From: a virus
DNA: 47,894 bases
Reading direction: 5' to 3' (one strand)
UHGV virus genome: UHGV-1372926
The number at the start of each line of letters is the position of its first letter. Positions within the stretch are counted from its first letter, which is position 1. The notes beneath the pieces are model-generated. The model searched no databases, was not told the DNA's origin, and saw nothing but the letters and a program-made list of their open reading frames with translations. A program made the translations under genes and the position numbers. Positions 45,975 through 47,894 of the stretch are shown here, one piece after another.

Positions 45975-46014
45975 TTGCCGTAGATTCAGTCTACTATTGT
46001 GACGTAGATTGAGC
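45975..46014 (+). promoter_or_regulatory. divergent control region with two copies of the GTAGATT box (TTGCCGTAGATT and TGTGACGTAGATTGAGC)
   Basis: Between the primase (-) and helicase (+) starts. No clean -10 spacing could be assigned. Confidence 0.4.
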
Positions 46015-46032
46015 AACACAAAGGTGGATGAA

Positions 46033-47894
46033 GTGCAAAAAATTGATGCAATGATTGCTGAGCTGGATATGGATAAGCTGCGGTCCAGCATCCATACCGG
46101 GGAAATTGAACCGCGCCCCTATCAGTGGCTGGTATATGAAAAGACAGCAGAGGTTATCCGCAAGTTTGGTAAGCAGCCAAAGCCAAGTTATGTTACCGCT
46201 TCAGTTGGCGCCGGTAAGACCATCATGATAGCCATGATTGCCCGTCGTTTCCAGGATATGGGATGGGAGGGTCTTGTCATCGCGCGCCAAGGCGAAATTA
46301 TTGAGCAGGATGCAGAGGAACTCTGGAATCTGAGCGTAAAAAACTCTGTGTTTAGCGCTTCACTTGGGCGTAAGGCTTATGCCTACCCGCTTATCGCGGG
46401 AACAGAGGGCACAATAATAAATGGCCTTTTTGATAAGACAGCCGATGATGGAACCGTGACGAAATCACTGTTATCAGACTTTTCCCCGCGCTACATACTG
46501 GTTGATGAATGCCATCAGGTTAACTGGCAGGACATAATATCAGAGCAGCCAGAGACGCAGTACGGCGTCATCATGAATGAACTTAACCGGCGCTGCAAAG
46601 CAAAATATGGGCATGAGGTGATTGTCATTGGCTACACCGGCAGCCCATTTCGCGGCGTTGAGTCGATCAAGGGGGCTTACTGGAAACACGAAATCGTCAA
46701 CATCAGCACGAAATACCTTGTCGATCTTGGGTTTCTTGTTCCTACCATATTTGGTGGGCAGGATATCGAGGACTTGCAATACGATCTGCATGATTTTGCC
46801 AGTAGTGACGTTGACGGAGTGCAGGACTTCACTGATAGCCAGCTAAAAGAGATGCAGGAAGAAATCCTCAAGCAAGGTACATTGACGCAAAAAATAATGC
46901 TCAAAGTCATGGAGCTTACGCGCGACAGGCTCGGTGTACTCATTACCTGCGCCGGTAAAAAACATTGCAAGGAGGCTGCAAAATACTTACCAGAAGGAAG
47001 TTATTCCATTGTTACCGAGGATATGGGGCAGAAAGCCAGACGGAAAGCACTGAAAGATGCGGCCACCGGGCGTAAAAAATACACGCTGCAAATAGGTTGC
47101 CTGACGACTGGCGTCAACATCCCATATTGGGACACGTCTGTCATCCTGAGAAAAATCATGTCCCTGACTCTTCTTACGCAGTTGCTTGGCCGACCAATGC
47201 GCCTGTTGAAGCCTGAGCAGATTGCCGCAGGTCTGGTGAAAGAAAACCATCTTTGCCTTGACTTCACCGGAACCATGTTCGAGTTGGGCGGTCTGTACGA
47301 AGACCCGATTCTGGAAGAGGCAGAAGCGCAACGCTCAAAACGTAGCGGAGAGCAGGTTCCATGTCCTAAATGCCAGACGATGAACAGCCCATATGCACGG
47401 CGTTGCATCGGTAAAGACTCAACGTCTCCAGATGGACGATGCGAAGAGTTTTTCAGCTTCATTCGCTGTGGTTTCGACAAGCACGGCATCCGTATTTTTG
47501 ATGATGGTTGCGGCACAAAAAACGACCCGACAGCTCGTTATTGCCGTCAATGCGATCACGTTTTGCGCGACCCTAACGCGGCGCTTAATGAGCGTGCATA
47601 TACCGATTCTGAATGGACCGAAGTCAAGGATTTCAAGATTGAGCTAACGAAAGATGAGAAGGGTGTTGTTTATCGTTATTTCATCACGAAAGAAAACGGA
47701 AAGGATGGCTGGGCCAGTGAGGTGTTCTATCCATTTGGCAGGCAGGAGAAGTACCTTAAAAATCAGTTTAAGATTAAAGGATTACTAAACCACGTATCAG
47801 ACAGGAATCTGATTGATAACCTCATGAATTGCCACAACGCAAAAGCATTCATGGCGTTCACTGGTCTTATCCGCGCGCCAAAACGCATAACGCA
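46033..47894 (+). CDS. SF2 (DEAD/DEAH-box, DECH) helicase, 3' partial (runs off window end)
   Basis: GTG start 5 nt after AAGGTGG. Open frame to the window end, so absent from the ORF track. Walker A ASVGAGKT. Motif II LVDECHQV. C-terminal region has several CxxC pairs (CPKCQ, RRC, CRQCDH). Confidence 0.75.
   Translation, partial: MQKIDAMIAELDMDKLRSSIHTGEIEPRPYQWLVYEKTAEVIRKFGKQPKPSYVTASVGAGKTIMIAMIARRFQDMGWEGLVIARQGEIIEQDAEELWNLSVKNSVFSASLGRKAYAYPLIAGTEGTIINGLFDKTADDGTVTKSLLSDFSPRYILVDECHQVNWQDIISEQPETQYGVIMNELNRRCKAKYGHEVIVIGYTGSPFRGVESIKGAYWKHEIVNISTKYLVDLGFLVPTIFGGQDIEDLQYDLHDFASSDVDGVQDFTDSQLKEMQEEILKQGTLTQKIMLKVMELTRDRLGVLITCAGKKHCKEAAKYLPEGSYSIVTEDMGQKARRKALKDAATGRKKYTLQIGCLTTGVNIPYWDTSVILRKIMSLTLLTQLLGRPMRLLKPEQIAAGLVKENHLCLDFTGTMFELGGLYEDPILEEAEAQRSKRSGEQVPCPKCQTMNSPYARRCIGKDSTSPDGRCEEFFSFIRCGFDKHGIRIFDDGCGTKNDPTARYCRQCDHVLRDPNAALNERAYTDSEWTEVKDFKIELTKDEKGVVYRYFITKENGKDGWASEVFYPFGRQEKYLKNQFKIKGLLNHVSDRNLIDNLMNCHNAKAFMAFTGLIRAPKRIT

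Noticed and set aside
1-47894. CRISPR arrays or integrase/attachment sites
   Set aside because: No regularly spaced direct repeats were seen. No tyrosine- or serine-recombinase-like ORF is present. This is consistent with a virulent T1-like phage.

Overview
This window reads as a nearly complete T1-like (Drexlerviridae-type) siphophage genome: host-replication-dependent, with a phage primase and helicases but no DNA polymerase. The right end cuts into an SF2 helicase gene. A rightward recombination module (HNH/AP2 endonuclease, VRR-NUC, PD-(D/E)XK exonuclease, ERF-like annealing protein, SSB) occupies 58-3641. A long leftward late module follows: tail fiber/tailspike, J/K/L/M-like tip proteins, tape measure, chaperone, major tail, neck/connector genes, major capsid, decoration, scaffold, head morphogenesis, portal, and terminase large and small subunits. 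This late module is interrupted several times by rightward inserts: a 5-gene island at 13.8-14.7 kb; a promoter plus two tRNAs (Arg-TCT, Met-CAT) at 15.5-16.1 kb; an early-type operon at 18.2-20.7 kb encoding a ParB-like DGQHR protein and a truncated beta-sliding-clamp homolog; a 31.1-32.3 kb operon; and a 1.9 kb island of small genes between portal and terminase. Lysis genes (endolysin, holin, Rz with nested Rz1) lie at 29.1-30.2 kb. A divergent early control region at 27.35-27.44 kb carries a perfect palindrome. A primase/helicase replication module with an iteron-rich, inverted-repeat, AT-rich candidate origin lies at 42.6-47.9 kb. A conserved box TTGACGTAGATTGA recurs about 9 times, mostly as the -35 end of sigma70-like promoters. 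Three small genes appear frame-disrupted at homopolymer runs: an HNH endonuclease at T4/A4, a small gene at A7 followed by rare AGG, and a DUF2591-like gene. All calls rest on reading the sequence and motif recognition; no database search was possible.
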